Part shown: piece by piece, positions 51,982-62,408 of the stretch
Position numbering within the stretch: the first letter of the stretch is position 1
How the letters are laid out: the number at the start of each line of letters is the position of its first letter
NCBI GenBank assembly: GCA_044440125.1
Contig: JBITAJ010000002.1
Coordinates: 29,281-93,280, forward strand
DNA: 64,000 nt
Direction of reading: 5' to 3'
DNA from: Sedimentisphaeraceae bacterium JB056
GTDB taxonomy: Bacteria > Planctomycetota > Phycisphaerae > Sedimentisphaerales > Sedimentisphaeraceae
The notes under the pieces: model-generated
What the model saw: the letters and a program-made list of their open reading frames with translations, nothing else
Databases searched by the model: none
What the model was told of the DNA's origin: nothing
Translations under genes and position numbers: made by a program

Positions 51982-52003
51982 TTAAGCTTCTCCTATATAT
52001 TTT

Positions 52004-53080
52004 TTAGTTTATAGAAACCGTAGACTCTCTAACAATAAGTTTTGCAGGGACTTGATAAATATCTGGGATAGATTTACCCATAATCGCATCCTGTAAAGTC
52101 TCTAAAGTTCGTTTTATCACCAACTCCATAGGCATATGAACTGTTGTCGCTGATGGTGAAATATGCCTCACAATCGACAAGTCATCATTAGCCACAATCG
52201 AAATATCTTTACCTGGATAAAGTCCTCTTCGTTCAAGAAAACGATACATAGAAGGCAATATCGGATCAGGTGCTATTATAGCTGTAGGCTTGGGTTGCAG
52301 CGAAAACAGCTTTTCACAAGCAGCTTCAATATCCGTATCCCTATAAGAAGTATAGCACACCCATTCGGGATAAACCTGCAGGCCTTTTTCCGCCATCAAT
52401 CTGTAAAAAGACTCACGTCGTAACGATAATGATCTTGAAGGAATCTTGTCGTTTACACCATGAAGATAAGCGATTCTTTCATGCCCTAATGACCAAAGAT
52501 GTTCCAACTGCAGCTTAACTACATCTTCCGAAGGAACAATCGACCTCTTAAAGCCATAAGAACTATTGGGAAACAAAGAAACCCATGCAACTTCATGCTT
52601 GTCAAACAATTCAGTTACATAAGGTGAATGCAGTCCCATCAAAACACAAGCTTTTACATCAGGTCTTCTAAACAACATTTCATAACTTGAGGACGGCTCT
52701 CCGACAGGAATTTCGTGAAGACGAATGCCTTGATGAAGCCTCGCTGCCTCAGAGGAAAAAATTGCAATAAGTTCGCTGAAGAAAGAAATACCAGACCTGA
52801 TAGAAACATCTATACCACAAGCAATGATATCAACATATGGAACCAAAACCTCTTGAGTTGCCTCTGTCTTAAAAACTCCCTTACCAGGATATCGTTTGAT
52901 CAGCCCCTTACTTTCAAATTCATCCATAATATTATCAATACGAACACGACCTATACCACTTTCCTGCATCAATTCGCGAATGGGAGGGAATTGTTCGCCA
53001 GAATCAAGCGAAACAAGCTGCTTTTCCAAATATTTCCGCGCCCTTGACTGCATGTCATTTCTCGATAATGTATTCACCAT
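52004..53080 (-). CDS. GntR-wHTH + LacI-type periplasmic-binding-fold regulator
   Basis: FPPIRELM...GKGVF N-terminal wHTH; LGHERIAY, PTAII, DISIVANDD, LIVREST. Confidence 0.88.
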   Translation of the reverse strand: MVNTLSRNDMQSRARKYLEKQLVSLDSGEQFPPIRELMQESGIGRVRIDNIMDEFESKGLIKRYPGKGVFKTEATQEVLVPYVDIIACGIDVSIRSGISFFSELIAIFSSEAARLHQGIRLHEIPVGEPSSSYEMLFRRPDVKACVLMGLHSPYVTELFDKHEVAWVSLFPNSSYGFKRSIVPSEDVVKLQLEHLWSLGHERIAYLHGVNDKIPSRSLSLRRESFYRLMAEKGLQVYPEWVCYTSYRDTDIEAACEKLFSLQPKPTAIIAPDPILPSMYRFLERRGLYPGKDISIVANDDLSIVRHISPSATTVHMPMELVIKRTLETLQDAIMGKSIPDIYQVPAKLIVRESTVSIN

Positions 53081-53412
53081 GAAACCTCAAATTAAACTCT
53101 GTGCATTTTTCATGTTGAATACATTTTAACGCCCAAAACAAAACTTGCAAGACTTTTTAACACAAAAAAAACACAGATAGCTACAACATCTACCTAAGCC
53201 TAAGAACAACAACGCTTTACACTATATATATTTTTTACAAAACCACTAAATAGTGATTTAATAGAATAAAAACAGCACAACCTCAAGCCAGACCAGCCAC
53301 TATTACAAATGCAAAAAGCCCCTTAAACTATCCTTTTACACAATTTATTATTGACTTCATGAAATATAATGTATAATAAGCACAAAACAGACACACATTA
53401 AGGATAATTCCC

Positions 53413-54537
53413 ATGACAGACAAAAACTATAAAAACACAGATACTATTATAGAGTCTATTGCACTAACGCATGTCCAAGTTCCTGTCAATTTAACATTCA
53501 GTTATGGAAAAACCACATACTTCAACCTCATTATTATCAAAATCACAACCAATAATGGAATAGAAGGACTGGGCGAGGGGCTTATACACCCAGACGGAGT
53601 CTGGGAGCAATGGATCAGCAGTTGGCCGAAAAAATTAATCGGCCAAGACATTTTATGCCTCGACAACCTTTTGCCGCCTTCCAATACTCATAATGAGCGA
53701 GCTGTCTGTGAAGCTTTCTCAATTGCCTTGCATGATGCGGCAGCAAAAACAGCCTCAATACCTTTTTACAGTTTCTTAGGTGGAAAGAGGAATACAGAAG
53801 TCTCTGTGATGGCTTGCATGTTCCCCGAAAACCCAGATCAGGCATCAGAACTTGCAAGAAAATACACCGAACAAGATGTCAAGGCATTAAAAGTCAAACT
53901 AATTGGCGATTTCAGTGAAGACCTCAATAGAATTAAAGCAATCAGAGATGTTGCTTCTTCTGAAATACTGCTTCAGGGTGATGCCAATGAAGGGTATAAA
54001 TCTATCGAAGATGCACAAGAGGCAGTTTTGGCATTCGGAGATGCAGGACTGGATATCTTTGAAGACCCATTAAAAGGCACTCCAAAAGATTACTGTCTGC
54101 TTAGAAAAAACCTTGCAGGAAAAGGTGCAAAAATAATGGTCGACATACTGACTCGAAAGCTCAGTGATCTTGTCGATGTCATACGCAATGAATCAGCCGA
54201 TATATTAAATTTCCATGCAAGCGAAATGGGCAGCATAACAAGCCTTTTCCAAAGAATACATCTTGCCGAATCATTTAACTTACCATTCCTTATAGGCGGA
54301 ACAGGATTCGCGGCTGTCGGATCTGCCGCTTATCAGCATATTACAGCTGCCGTCTCTACAAAATTTCCGGCAGGCGAATTAGGTGGATACATTGATCACG
54401 GCATGCCAAAACCACTGGTACAAAAACCTTTGCTTGAAAGCCTGCCGAATGTTAAAATCCCCAATACTCCTGGACTGGGGGTTTCATTGGATAATTCTGC
54501 ATTAAGTGAATTCACTGTAAAAACACTTTGTTGGTAA
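53413..54537 (+). CDS. Enolase superfamily (mandelate racemase/muconate lactonizing) enzyme
   Basis: GLGE, SIALHD..AK, LKVK, DANEG, FEDP, MVD, PGLG. Confidence 0.88.
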   Translation: MTDKNYKNTDTIIESIALTHVQVPVNLTFSYGKTTYFNLIIIKITTNNGIEGLGEGLIHPDGVWEQWISSWPKKLIGQDILCLDNLLPPSNTHNERAVCEAFSIALHDAAAKTASIPFYSFLGGKRNTEVSVMACMFPENPDQASELARKYTEQDVKALKVKLIGDFSEDLNRIKAIRDVASSEILLQGDANEGYKSIEDAQEAVLAFGDAGLDIFEDPLKGTPKDYCLLRKNLAGKGAKIMVDILTRKLSDLVDVIRNESADILNFHASEMGSITSLFQRIHLAESFNLPFLIGGTGFAAVGSAAYQHITAAVSTKFPAGELGGYIDHGMPKPLVQKPLLESLPNVKIPNTPGLGVSLDNSALSEFTVKTLCW

Positions 54538-54573
54538 CAAATATTCAGTATAATATTTTAAGGAGTTAATTTA

Positions 54574-56733
54574 ATGACTACGCCGTTAAAACATTTTGGA
54601 ATCACAATTATAATCAGCATCTCTTTGCTGTGCAATAACATCTTTGCCGAAGCACTCTATGACAAGTATGGGCAATCAACCTCCGTTAATTTCCCTCAAA
54701 AAGTAACCAATGACGAACAACTAAAGCAAGACATTGAATTTGACAAAGAATTTTACACCTCATTCAACCCACTTGAATTAGATTCTTATGGAGGTTTAGC
54801 TGGAAGTAAAGAGAAATACAACCTTGAGGCTACCGGTTTTTTCAGCGTACAAAAAATAGGCGACAGATTTGTCCTTGTAACACCTGAAGGCAACATGTAT
54901 TTTACATTGACGGTTGGTGGATTAATGACATACCATACTCTTATGCCAGTAAAAGGCAAAGAAGATAACTTTGAATGGCTCCCTGCGGCAGAAGGTAAGT
55001 TCCGAAAGGCTTATTCAGGCAAGAATAACGAGAATTTTTCATTCTATGTCACAAATCTTATAAGAAAATATGGGGATTTTGACTACACGCAATGGAAAGA
55101 AGATTTTGTTTATCGTCTTCGCCAGCTTGGCTTTAACAGTCATAACAACTATGGAGACCTTCCTTCTATCTCTACAGATAAAAAGTTTCCTGTGACTATA
55201 GTTCTCCAAGACGTACGTCATGGAGACAAAGACTTTATATACGGCTTTTTCGACCCATTCAATGAAGATTCTCGTAATCGCATTGATAAAAAGCTCAAAA
55301 ACCTGCTCATTCCATACAAAGATTGTCCTGAGATACTTGGCTACTTCATCCAAAATGAACCTGATTTTTCATTTATACCAATGTCAATTCCAAAACTTGA
55401 TGGTAAATATCCTGCCAAACAAAAGTTAGTGGAAAGACTCCGTGAAAAATATAAGACAATAGACGCATTCAATAAAGCATGGAACCTTCAAGCTGAAGAT
55501 TTCAACAGCCTCCTCGAACCAATCTACGCCGTCACATCAGAGGCAGGTAAAGACATGAACGACTACTATGCATTCTTTTTGGATGCATATTATAAATGCG
55601 TACATGATATGATAAGAAAGTACGACCCTAACCACTTGCTTCTGGGAAGCAGAACGAGGGTCCGTGATGGCCGTACTGATATTGTAAATCAGATATCCGG
55701 CAAGTATATGGATGTGCTTAGCATCAATTATTATTGTTACTATTTCGATAAAGAATCAATGATTCGTAATTATCAGCACTCTGGAAAACCATATATATTA
55801 AGCGAATGGTGCTTCGACACACATGAACAAGGCCTAATGAGTAACCTCAGAAACCTTGAAAACCAGACACAGAGAGGCAAAGCCTACCGCAACTATGTCG
55901 AACAGGCTGCATCTTTACCGTTTGTCGTAGGCATACAATGGTGGTGCATGTTAGATAACCAATCGTATAAAGTCAATACCGGCCTTGTCAATATAGCAGA
56001 CAGACCATATACAGATTTCTTACGAGAAGTCGCAAAAACAAATAACGATATATATTCCGTCATTACCGGCGACAGAGAAGCATATTCCTTTGACCACCCG
56101 CTTTTTACTCAACAGAAGGGAAAAACACAAAAAATAATTGATGCACCGCACGCTATTGAAGGCTCAACTGTTGATGGAATACAATTGCCATGGCCAGACA
56201 GACCATCTACACGTATTACAACAAAAGATCTTGTATGGGGAAAAGAATCAACTGAAAATGAAGCTGATTTCTGGCTCTGCTGGGACAGCGACAACCTATA
56301 TCTATACATAGACGTCAAGGACCCTACCCCACGCATGAATGAAAGAAAAGGAAGAGGCATATGGGGTGGAGACGCCATTGAGATATATCTTGGACCGATA
56401 AAAGATGAACCAGGGCTGCTTTTCAGCGATAGGCAACTACTTATTGCTGCCGGCAAAAAAACAGCCCCTAACTTCTACTGGTATAACTCTCCTAAGCAAT
56501 TCCCTATAGAAGCGGTAGTTAAAGACTCCCCAACAGGTCAGGGATATACCATAGAGGTAGGCATTCCATTTAACGCATTCGGCATAGAGCCTAAGGCAGG
56601 CACGGAATTCATGTTTGATATAGCACTTGACGAAGGCAAAGGCACTGGAAGAGAGAGACAGTTCGTTTGGAACGGGACGGCAGAAAACTCAACAACTCAC
56701 GAAAACTGGGGACGAGCAAGGCTGTCAGAATAA
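54574..56733 (+). CDS. Secreted GH50 (agarase-like) hydrolase with C-terminal CBM9-like domain
   Basis: Signal peptide; DKYGQ, ATGFF, VTPEG, LGFN, QNEP, DPNHLLLGSR, SINYY, LSEW; C-terminal WDSDNLY...WGGDAIE...YTIEVGIP. Confidence 0.78.
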   Translation: MTTPLKHFGITIIISISLLCNNIFAEALYDKYGQSTSVNFPQKVTNDEQLKQDIEFDKEFYTSFNPLELDSYGGLAGSKEKYNLEATGFFSVQKIGDRFVLVTPEGNMYFTLTVGGLMTYHTLMPVKGKEDNFEWLPAAEGKFRKAYSGKNNENFSFYVTNLIRKYGDFDYTQWKEDFVYRLRQLGFNSHNNYGDLPSISTDKKFPVTIVLQDVRHGDKDFIYGFFDPFNEDSRNRIDKKLKNLLIPYKDCPEILGYFIQNEPDFSFIPMSIPKLDGKYPAKQKLVERLREKYKTIDAFNKAWNLQAEDFNSLLEPIYAVTSEAGKDMNDYYAFFLDAYYKCVHDMIRKYDPNHLLLGSRTRVRDGRTDIVNQISGKYMDVLSINYYCYYFDKESMIRNYQHSGKPYILSEWCFDTHEQGLMSNLRNLENQTQRGKAYRNYVEQAASLPFVVGIQWWCMLDNQSYKVNTGLVNIADRPYTDFLREVAKTNNDIYSVITGDREAYSFDHPLFTQQKGKTQKIIDAPHAIEGSTVDGIQLPWPDRPSTRITTKDLVWGKESTENEADFWLCWDSDNLYLYIDVKDPTPRMNERKGRGIWGGDAIEIYLGPIKDEPGLLFSDRQLLIAAGKKTAPNFYWYNSPKQFPIEAVVKDSPTGQGYTIEVGIPFNAFGIEPKAGTEFMFDIALDEGKGTGRERQFVWNGTAENSTTHENWGRARLSE

Positions 56734-56813
56734 TATAGTCAATCAACTTATCATGTATGATTTGCATCCTGTGATTAGAAAAATGTCAAATCATACATTA
56801 CAAGGCTTATTTT

Positions 56814-58568
56814 ATGTTGTATCCACAAGAAAACAAAACAAGAGAAGTCAAAGACTTATCCGGCATTTGGAAATTCAAAGTAGACAATAACAGTGCCGGA
56901 TCTAAGGAAAGTTGGCACACAGCCCCTCTGACCGGCACAATTCCAATGCCGGTTCCATCAAGCTACAATGACATAACCCAGCAAGCGTCCATCAGGGATC
57001 ATATAGGCAATGTCTGGTACGAAACATCATTTCATGTTCCTCAGAGACTGCAGACAGATAAACGGTTAGTACTGCGTTTTGGCAGTGTAACACACCAAGC
57101 AGCAGTATGGATAAACGGCAAGGAAGTTATTCGACATAAAGGCGGTTTTCTACCATTTGAAGCCGACATCACTGAATATGTTGATAATTCAGAAAAAAAC
57201 ACCCTGACTGTTATGGCAAACAATGAATTGTCATGGCAAACGCTTCCTCCAGGAGAAACCATACACTCTTCTACAATCAAAAAGCAGGAATATCACTTTG
57301 ATTTCTTTAATTATGCAGGAATACATAGACCGGTTAAGCTGCTCTTTAGACCCTCTATATACATCAAAGACATATCTGTTAAAACTGATATAGAAGGGAA
57401 TACTGGCAAGATTGACTACACTGTAACTGCATCAGATAAGATAAATTGTAAAGTAACCTTATTTGAAGACAACGGCAAGATGATATGTGCGGCAGAGAAT
57501 CTTAGCGGTCAATTTCCAATCTCGTCTCCTAAGCTATGGGATACCAAAAATCCATATTTGTACAAACTCAAAGTAGAACTTATAAATGACCAGAAAAACT
57601 TAATTGACGAATATGAACTTCCTGTCGGAATTCGTACAGTTAAAATTATTGACAACAAACTCCTTCTCAATGACAGGGAGATATACCTCAAAGGTTTTGG
57701 CAAGCACGAAGATTCTTTGATAAGAGGCAGAGGATTAGACAATTGTACAAATGTAAAAGACTTAAATCTGCTTAAATGGATTAATGCCAACTCTTTCAGA
57801 ACCTCGCATTATCCTTATTCAGAAGAGATAATGAATCTTGCAGATCAATATGGTATTCTAATCATAGATGAGTGTCCGGCTGTTGGAATGTATTACTTTG
57901 GAGAAAACGACAAAAAGATTTTCTCTCCTGAAAGAGTAAACAATGACACATTACAGCATCATATCGACACCATGACAGATTTAGTCAAAAGGGACAAAAA
58001 TCACCCATCTGTTATAATGTGGAGCGTAGCCAATGAGGCAGCCACCGAGGAAGAGGCAGCACTGGCTTATTTTGAGAAAGTAATAGCAAGGACACGAGAA
58101 TTGGATTCAACAAGACCAATAACAATGGCGCAATTCAGTGATCCTGACAAATGCAAAGTTTCAGGACTTCTTGATATTATTTGCATAAACAGATATTATT
58201 CCTGGTACATTAATCCGGGTAAATTGGAAACAATAGAACCGGACATGAAGAATGACCTTCTAAAATGGCATACACGGTTCAAGAAACCAATTATTATAAG
58301 CGAATACGGAGCAGATACTATCAGCGGTTTTCATAGCGATCCGCCAGTAATGTTTTCCGAAGAATATCAGATACAAATGCTCGATCGCTTCCACCAAGTC
58401 TTCGATTCTTTGGATTTTGTTATCGGCGAGCATGTATGGAACTTTGCTGATTTTGCCACAAAGCAGGGAATAACTCGCGTCATGGGAAATAAGAAAGGCG
58501 TATTTACCAGAGACCGTCAACCTAAAATGGTAGCTCATTCACTTAAGAAACGCTGGAGCGAAAAATGA
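56814..58568 (+). CDS. uidA: GH2 beta-glucuronidase
   Basis: DFFNYAGIHR, GFGKHED, FRTSHYPY, WSVANE, SEYGAD, WNFADF and the glucuronidase-specific GNKKGVFTRDRQPK. Confidence 0.93.
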   Translation: MLYPQENKTREVKDLSGIWKFKVDNNSAGSKESWHTAPLTGTIPMPVPSSYNDITQQASIRDHIGNVWYETSFHVPQRLQTDKRLVLRFGSVTHQAAVWINGKEVIRHKGGFLPFEADITEYVDNSEKNTLTVMANNELSWQTLPPGETIHSSTIKKQEYHFDFFNYAGIHRPVKLLFRPSIYIKDISVKTDIEGNTGKIDYTVTASDKINCKVTLFEDNGKMICAAENLSGQFPISSPKLWDTKNPYLYKLKVELINDQKNLIDEYELPVGIRTVKIIDNKLLLNDREIYLKGFGKHEDSLIRGRGLDNCTNVKDLNLLKWINANSFRTSHYPYSEEIMNLADQYGILIIDECPAVGMYYFGENDKKIFSPERVNNDTLQHHIDTMTDLVKRDKNHPSVIMWSVANEAATEEEAALAYFEKVIARTRELDSTRPITMAQFSDPDKCKVSGLLDIICINRYYSWYINPGKLETIEPDMKNDLLKWHTRFKKPIIISEYGADTISGFHSDPPVMFSEEYQIQMLDRFHQVFDSLDFVIGEHVWNFADFATKQGITRVMGNKKGVFTRDRQPKMVAHSLKKRWSEK

Positions 58569-59776
58569 CACAAAAATTCAACGATGGAAGAGATTGGTTC
58601 TTTGATAAAAAGTTTGGACTTTTTGTTCACTGGGGATTATATTCATTGATTGGCTGGCATGAACAGGTGCTTCAACGCAGAAATATGGATCGCAGAGACT
58701 ATGAACGACTGATACAGGAATTTAATCCTAAAAGGTTCAATCCTGAAGAATGGCTGGATATCGCCCAGGAATCGGGCATGGAATATATATATTTCACAAC
58801 CAAACACCATGATGGGTTTTGCCTATGGGACACTAAACAAACAAGCTATAACATAACGAATACACCTTACAAAAAAGATGTATTGGGAATATTGGCAGAG
58901 GCTTGTGCAAAGAGAAACTTCCCGTTGTGCCTGTATTATTCTGTTGTCGACTGGCATCATCCTAATTATCCAAACCAGGGACGCCATCATGAAATGCCTG
59001 CCCCACGCCCTACCGATTCGCCTGACATGGAAGCGTATGTGGAATACGTCAAAAAACAAGTCACTGAATTATGCACAAACTACGGATCTATATATGGCTT
59101 CTTCTGGGACATTAATGTTCCAAAACATAAGGATAAAACAGTAAATGAAATCATACGAAAACTTCAACCTAATGCAGTTATAAACAACCGCGGCTTTGAT
59201 GAAGGTGACTTCGCTACTCCTGAACGCAATGTACCAGAAGGCAGTGAATTTACAACACCGACACAAGCATGCCAATCCCTTGGCAAACAGAGCTGGGGCT
59301 ATAAGTCAGGCGAAGACTATTACAGCCACAAATTTATTATGCAAAGCATAGATAAAATCTTGGCGATGGGCGGCACTTATCTTCTGAATGTAGGACCAAA
59401 ATCGGATGGAACTATTCCAAACGAATGCGTAGAATCATTAAAAATCATTGGACAGTGGTATAAATCCGTTAAAGAATCATTCAATAACACAAAACCTGCT
59501 TCTCATTTGATAGACACCCCTAATATACTTGTCACAAAAAAAGAGAGAGCATTATATTTGCATCTATTCAAGGATTCTGACTCATCAACAATTTCTCTTG
59601 AGCCAATGACAGAAGCTCCTGCAAAGGCAACTTTATTAAACAATGAAACTCAACTTGAGTTTAAGATAGATTCAATGGTACAAGAGTGGCGTACAGCTAA
59701 ACCACATCTGAGAATCAGAAAAATTCCAATAAATGAAATGCAGGATACCGTAATGGTAATTAAATTGGAATATTAA
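58565..59776 (+). CDS. GH29 alpha-L-fucosidase
   Basis: FGLFVHWG, TKHHDGF, FFWD, INNRG, GDFATPER, LLNVGP; start overlaps the uidA stop (ATGA). Confidence 0.92.
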   Translation: MTQKFNDGRDWFFDKKFGLFVHWGLYSLIGWHEQVLQRRNMDRRDYERLIQEFNPKRFNPEEWLDIAQESGMEYIYFTTKHHDGFCLWDTKQTSYNITNTPYKKDVLGILAEACAKRNFPLCLYYSVVDWHHPNYPNQGRHHEMPAPRPTDSPDMEAYVEYVKKQVTELCTNYGSIYGFFWDINVPKHKDKTVNEIIRKLQPNAVINNRGFDEGDFATPERNVPEGSEFTTPTQACQSLGKQSWGYKSGEDYYSHKFIMQSIDKILAMGGTYLLNVGPKSDGTIPNECVESLKIIGQWYKSVKESFNNTKPASHLIDTPNILVTKKERALYLHLFKDSDSSTISLEPMTEAPAKATLLNNETQLEFKIDSMVQEWRTAKPHLRIRKIPINEMQDTVMVIKLEY

Positions 59777-59831
59777 TCACTTCTGTTAATTTCTGAATAT
59801 AACAAAAAGACTATTACACAAGAAAAAAACA

Positions 59832-61052
59832 ATGAGCATGCTTAATAGAATACGTAAATCCACAGAATGCGTCCGCCGTAATATTTGGCATCGTTTTATG
59901 GCATCTGATTTCGTAATGTATGACTATGTCGGGTTAAACGATGAAATAATTTTACCTACTCCGAAAGAATGCCAAGAAAATATCCCGAATGCACTGGCAT
60001 GGTGGACTCCTATTGAAAACGGTGCTTTTTTTAATGGCGTATATCTAATTGGCAAATGTGACAGTTATCTGCATCAGCCTGATGAAACACTGAAAGATGA
60101 AATAAGTAAACTGGTACTTGGCTTATATAAATTGCAGGATGTCTGCAATACCCCGGGTGTAATAGCGAGAGGAATTGGAAGCGACGGCTCTTGCCACTAT
60201 CCAGCTTCCTCAAATGACCAGAACATTCCATGGATATTAGGTCTTTGGCGATATTTGGCAACTGATATTCCAACACCAACTCAACGACAAGAGTGTAGCC
60301 AAAGACTTATTCGACATATTCGTGCCATACAGGGTGCCAGCTGGATTTTCCCGGGCGAAACGCCAGAATTTAATCGTGGGAGTCTATTATATGATGAAGG
60401 TCTTGAAGGCAGCCTTTCATCTGTGCATTTTGCAATCATAACACGTATCCTCGCCGAACTTGTTCCAGACGAAATCCAGCTTCATTACAATATATTAAAT
60501 GAAAAACTCTCCAATGGCAGAACCCGCTTGGATATCATAGCTGCCGGTCACAATGAATTCAAACATTGGCACGGCTGGTTCACCGCAACATCACAATATG
60601 CTGTTCAGCAATTGCTTCATTATGAAGAGAATGAATCAATTCGTGAAAAATACTTGCAAAGACTTCGCTTTACAGCACATACCGCCGCAGAAACTATCAA
60701 ACAATATAAGCTCTATGCTCTTGGACAAGAACGACAGTTCACTCCAGATTGGAGGATAATGCTACAAGACTGGGCTCCGCAATCAACATCTAACCAAGCC
60801 GCTGAAGTAGCAATGAAAGAGGTTAAAATATGGAACAATGCTTGCCCTGCCATCAAGGAAGATAAAAACACCATGATGGCTTCATTAACAGCCGCCTGGA
60901 TTGTGATGATGTCAATGGATGATAAACTTATTGAAGAAAACCTACCTGATATCATAAATGCAATTTCGCATTTTGATTATGATAACATATTTTATGCCGC
61001 TATGTTTTACGCCGAAAACCTCGGCAGTCAAGTAATACGCTATATCCAATAG
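59832..61052 (+). CDS. Hypothetical protein (helical, no signal peptide)
   Basis: 406-aa ORF co-oriented at the end of the operon; no family recognised. Confidence 0.7.
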   Translation: MSMLNRIRKSTECVRRNIWHRFMASDFVMYDYVGLNDEIILPTPKECQENIPNALAWWTPIENGAFFNGVYLIGKCDSYLHQPDETLKDEISKLVLGLYKLQDVCNTPGVIARGIGSDGSCHYPASSNDQNIPWILGLWRYLATDIPTPTQRQECSQRLIRHIRAIQGASWIFPGETPEFNRGSLLYDEGLEGSLSSVHFAIITRILAELVPDEIQLHYNILNEKLSNGRTRLDIIAAGHNEFKHWHGWFTATSQYAVQQLLHYEENESIREKYLQRLRFTAHTAAETIKQYKLYALGQERQFTPDWRIMLQDWAPQSTSNQAAEVAMKEVKIWNNACPAIKEDKNTMMASLTAAWIVMMSMDDKLIEENLPDIINAISHFDYDNIFYAAMFYAENLGSQVIRYIQ

Positions 61053-61086
61053 CCATCACGCAACAAACCGAAATACAAATTAAAGT

Positions 61087-62385
61087 TTAGTTAACTTCAA
61101 TTTCATAGCAAAAAATATCGCAAGAAATTCCGTCACTGGACTGCCAACCAACATTCCCGGGATTACGCGTCATGTGCAAGACTATACTACCCGTATTCCG
61201 ATCCTGATAAACATTGAAATTTGAAAGTCTAACACCTATCGGCTCTCCTTCCCAGCGACTATCAATGACCGTAACCGTATTTCGTTTAATACACATATTC
61301 TCACAATCGAATTCCGCTATATGCAATGTATGTCTCGGATCGGATAGCCCCTGAGGGGGATTAGCGGCAAGCCCTATCAAATCCGCTTGTTTCTTAGAAT
61401 ATAGCTTTCTCCAGTACAATAATTCAGGCAGTATATTCCCTATAAAATAAATCTTATTGTTTATGAATGACTTTACTAATATACTGAAAGAAGCAACAGA
61501 AGGCACAATATCACCATTCTCATAGCATAACGGTTTCACATTACCCCAACTTTTTCCACCATCATTGCTTACAGAAAGCATTCTCATCATAGGCAAATCC
61601 TCATTGCCAGGCCATTGGTTCCTGCCAACCATAGCAATATTGCCTTGAGATATTTCTGCCATAGCAACTTCGCATAATCCTTTTTGACAATAATTATAGT
61701 CATGGGGAACAAAACTTGGAGTATGCCATATCAGTCTCGTCTTGCTCTCATTCCATGTACCTCTGAGTGTAAAAGCATCAAAATGGAAATGATTACATGA
61801 ATTATAAACATCTCCACTCGGCCAAAGATGATGCCTTTTACCGCCAATAAGGATATCTCCATCACTAAGTTTCAAGATATTAGTACCATCAATTATCGCT
61901 GAGTTACTCAACAACTCGACGCCTTCCATCCAGTGCAGAGAATTATACTCATCCCCTTCAACAATAATAGGCTCTGGATCTGTCCAACTAACTCCACTAT
62001 CATAAGAATAAGAAATCAGTTGTCGTGCATATTTACACTCAGGCAAGCAATATGAACACGCCTTATCATCACTGGTAACCGCACGCTCCACATTCATCCT
62101 AAAGGCAACATTTTCGACAGGATCAACAAAAATAGATATAGGAGGTTCAGAAACAATGCCATAACCGTTCACTTTATGTTTATTATAGTTCCATGATTCC
62201 TGGCTTTTATTCCATGTGATACCATTATCGATGCTTCTGTAAAACTCACACTTATCTGCATATATATCAGCGGCTACTTCAAATAAAATCGAATTAACCG
62301 AATCAACATAATTTATTCTGGGAGCAAAAATGCCATGGCTGTCTTTTTGATAACTCCTGTGGATCTTTCGTTTTACATTATACAT
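61087..62385 (-). CDS. BNR/Asp-box sialidase-like protein
   Basis: SIDNGITW, SYDSGVSW, SNDGGKSW; GLCE...MVGR; no signal peptide. Confidence 0.8.
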   Translation of the reverse strand: MYNVKRKIHRSYQKDSHGIFAPRINYVDSVNSILFEVAADIYADKCEFYRSIDNGITWNKSQESWNYNKHKVNGYGIVSEPPISIFVDPVENVAFRMNVERAVTSDDKACSYCLPECKYARQLISYSYDSGVSWTDPEPIIVEGDEYNSLHWMEGVELLSNSAIIDGTNILKLSDGDILIGGKRHHLWPSGDVYNSCNHFHFDAFTLRGTWNESKTRLIWHTPSFVPHDYNYCQKGLCEVAMAEISQGNIAMVGRNQWPGNEDLPMMRMLSVSNDGGKSWGNVKPLCYENGDIVPSVASFSILVKSFINNKIYFIGNILPELLYWRKLYSKKQADLIGLAANPPQGLSDPRHTLHIAEFDCENMCIKRNTVTVIDSRWEGEPIGVRLSNFNVYQDRNTGSIVLHMTRNPGNVGWQSSDGISCDIFCYEIEVN

Positions 62386-62408
62386 ATTTAATATCCGTAA
62401 TCAGAATT

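Noticed and set aside
53351..53377. TTGACT...TATAAT promoter for the enolase operon
   Set aside because: Spacer is 8 or 15 bp rather than 16-18, so the exact promoter could not be called with confidence.
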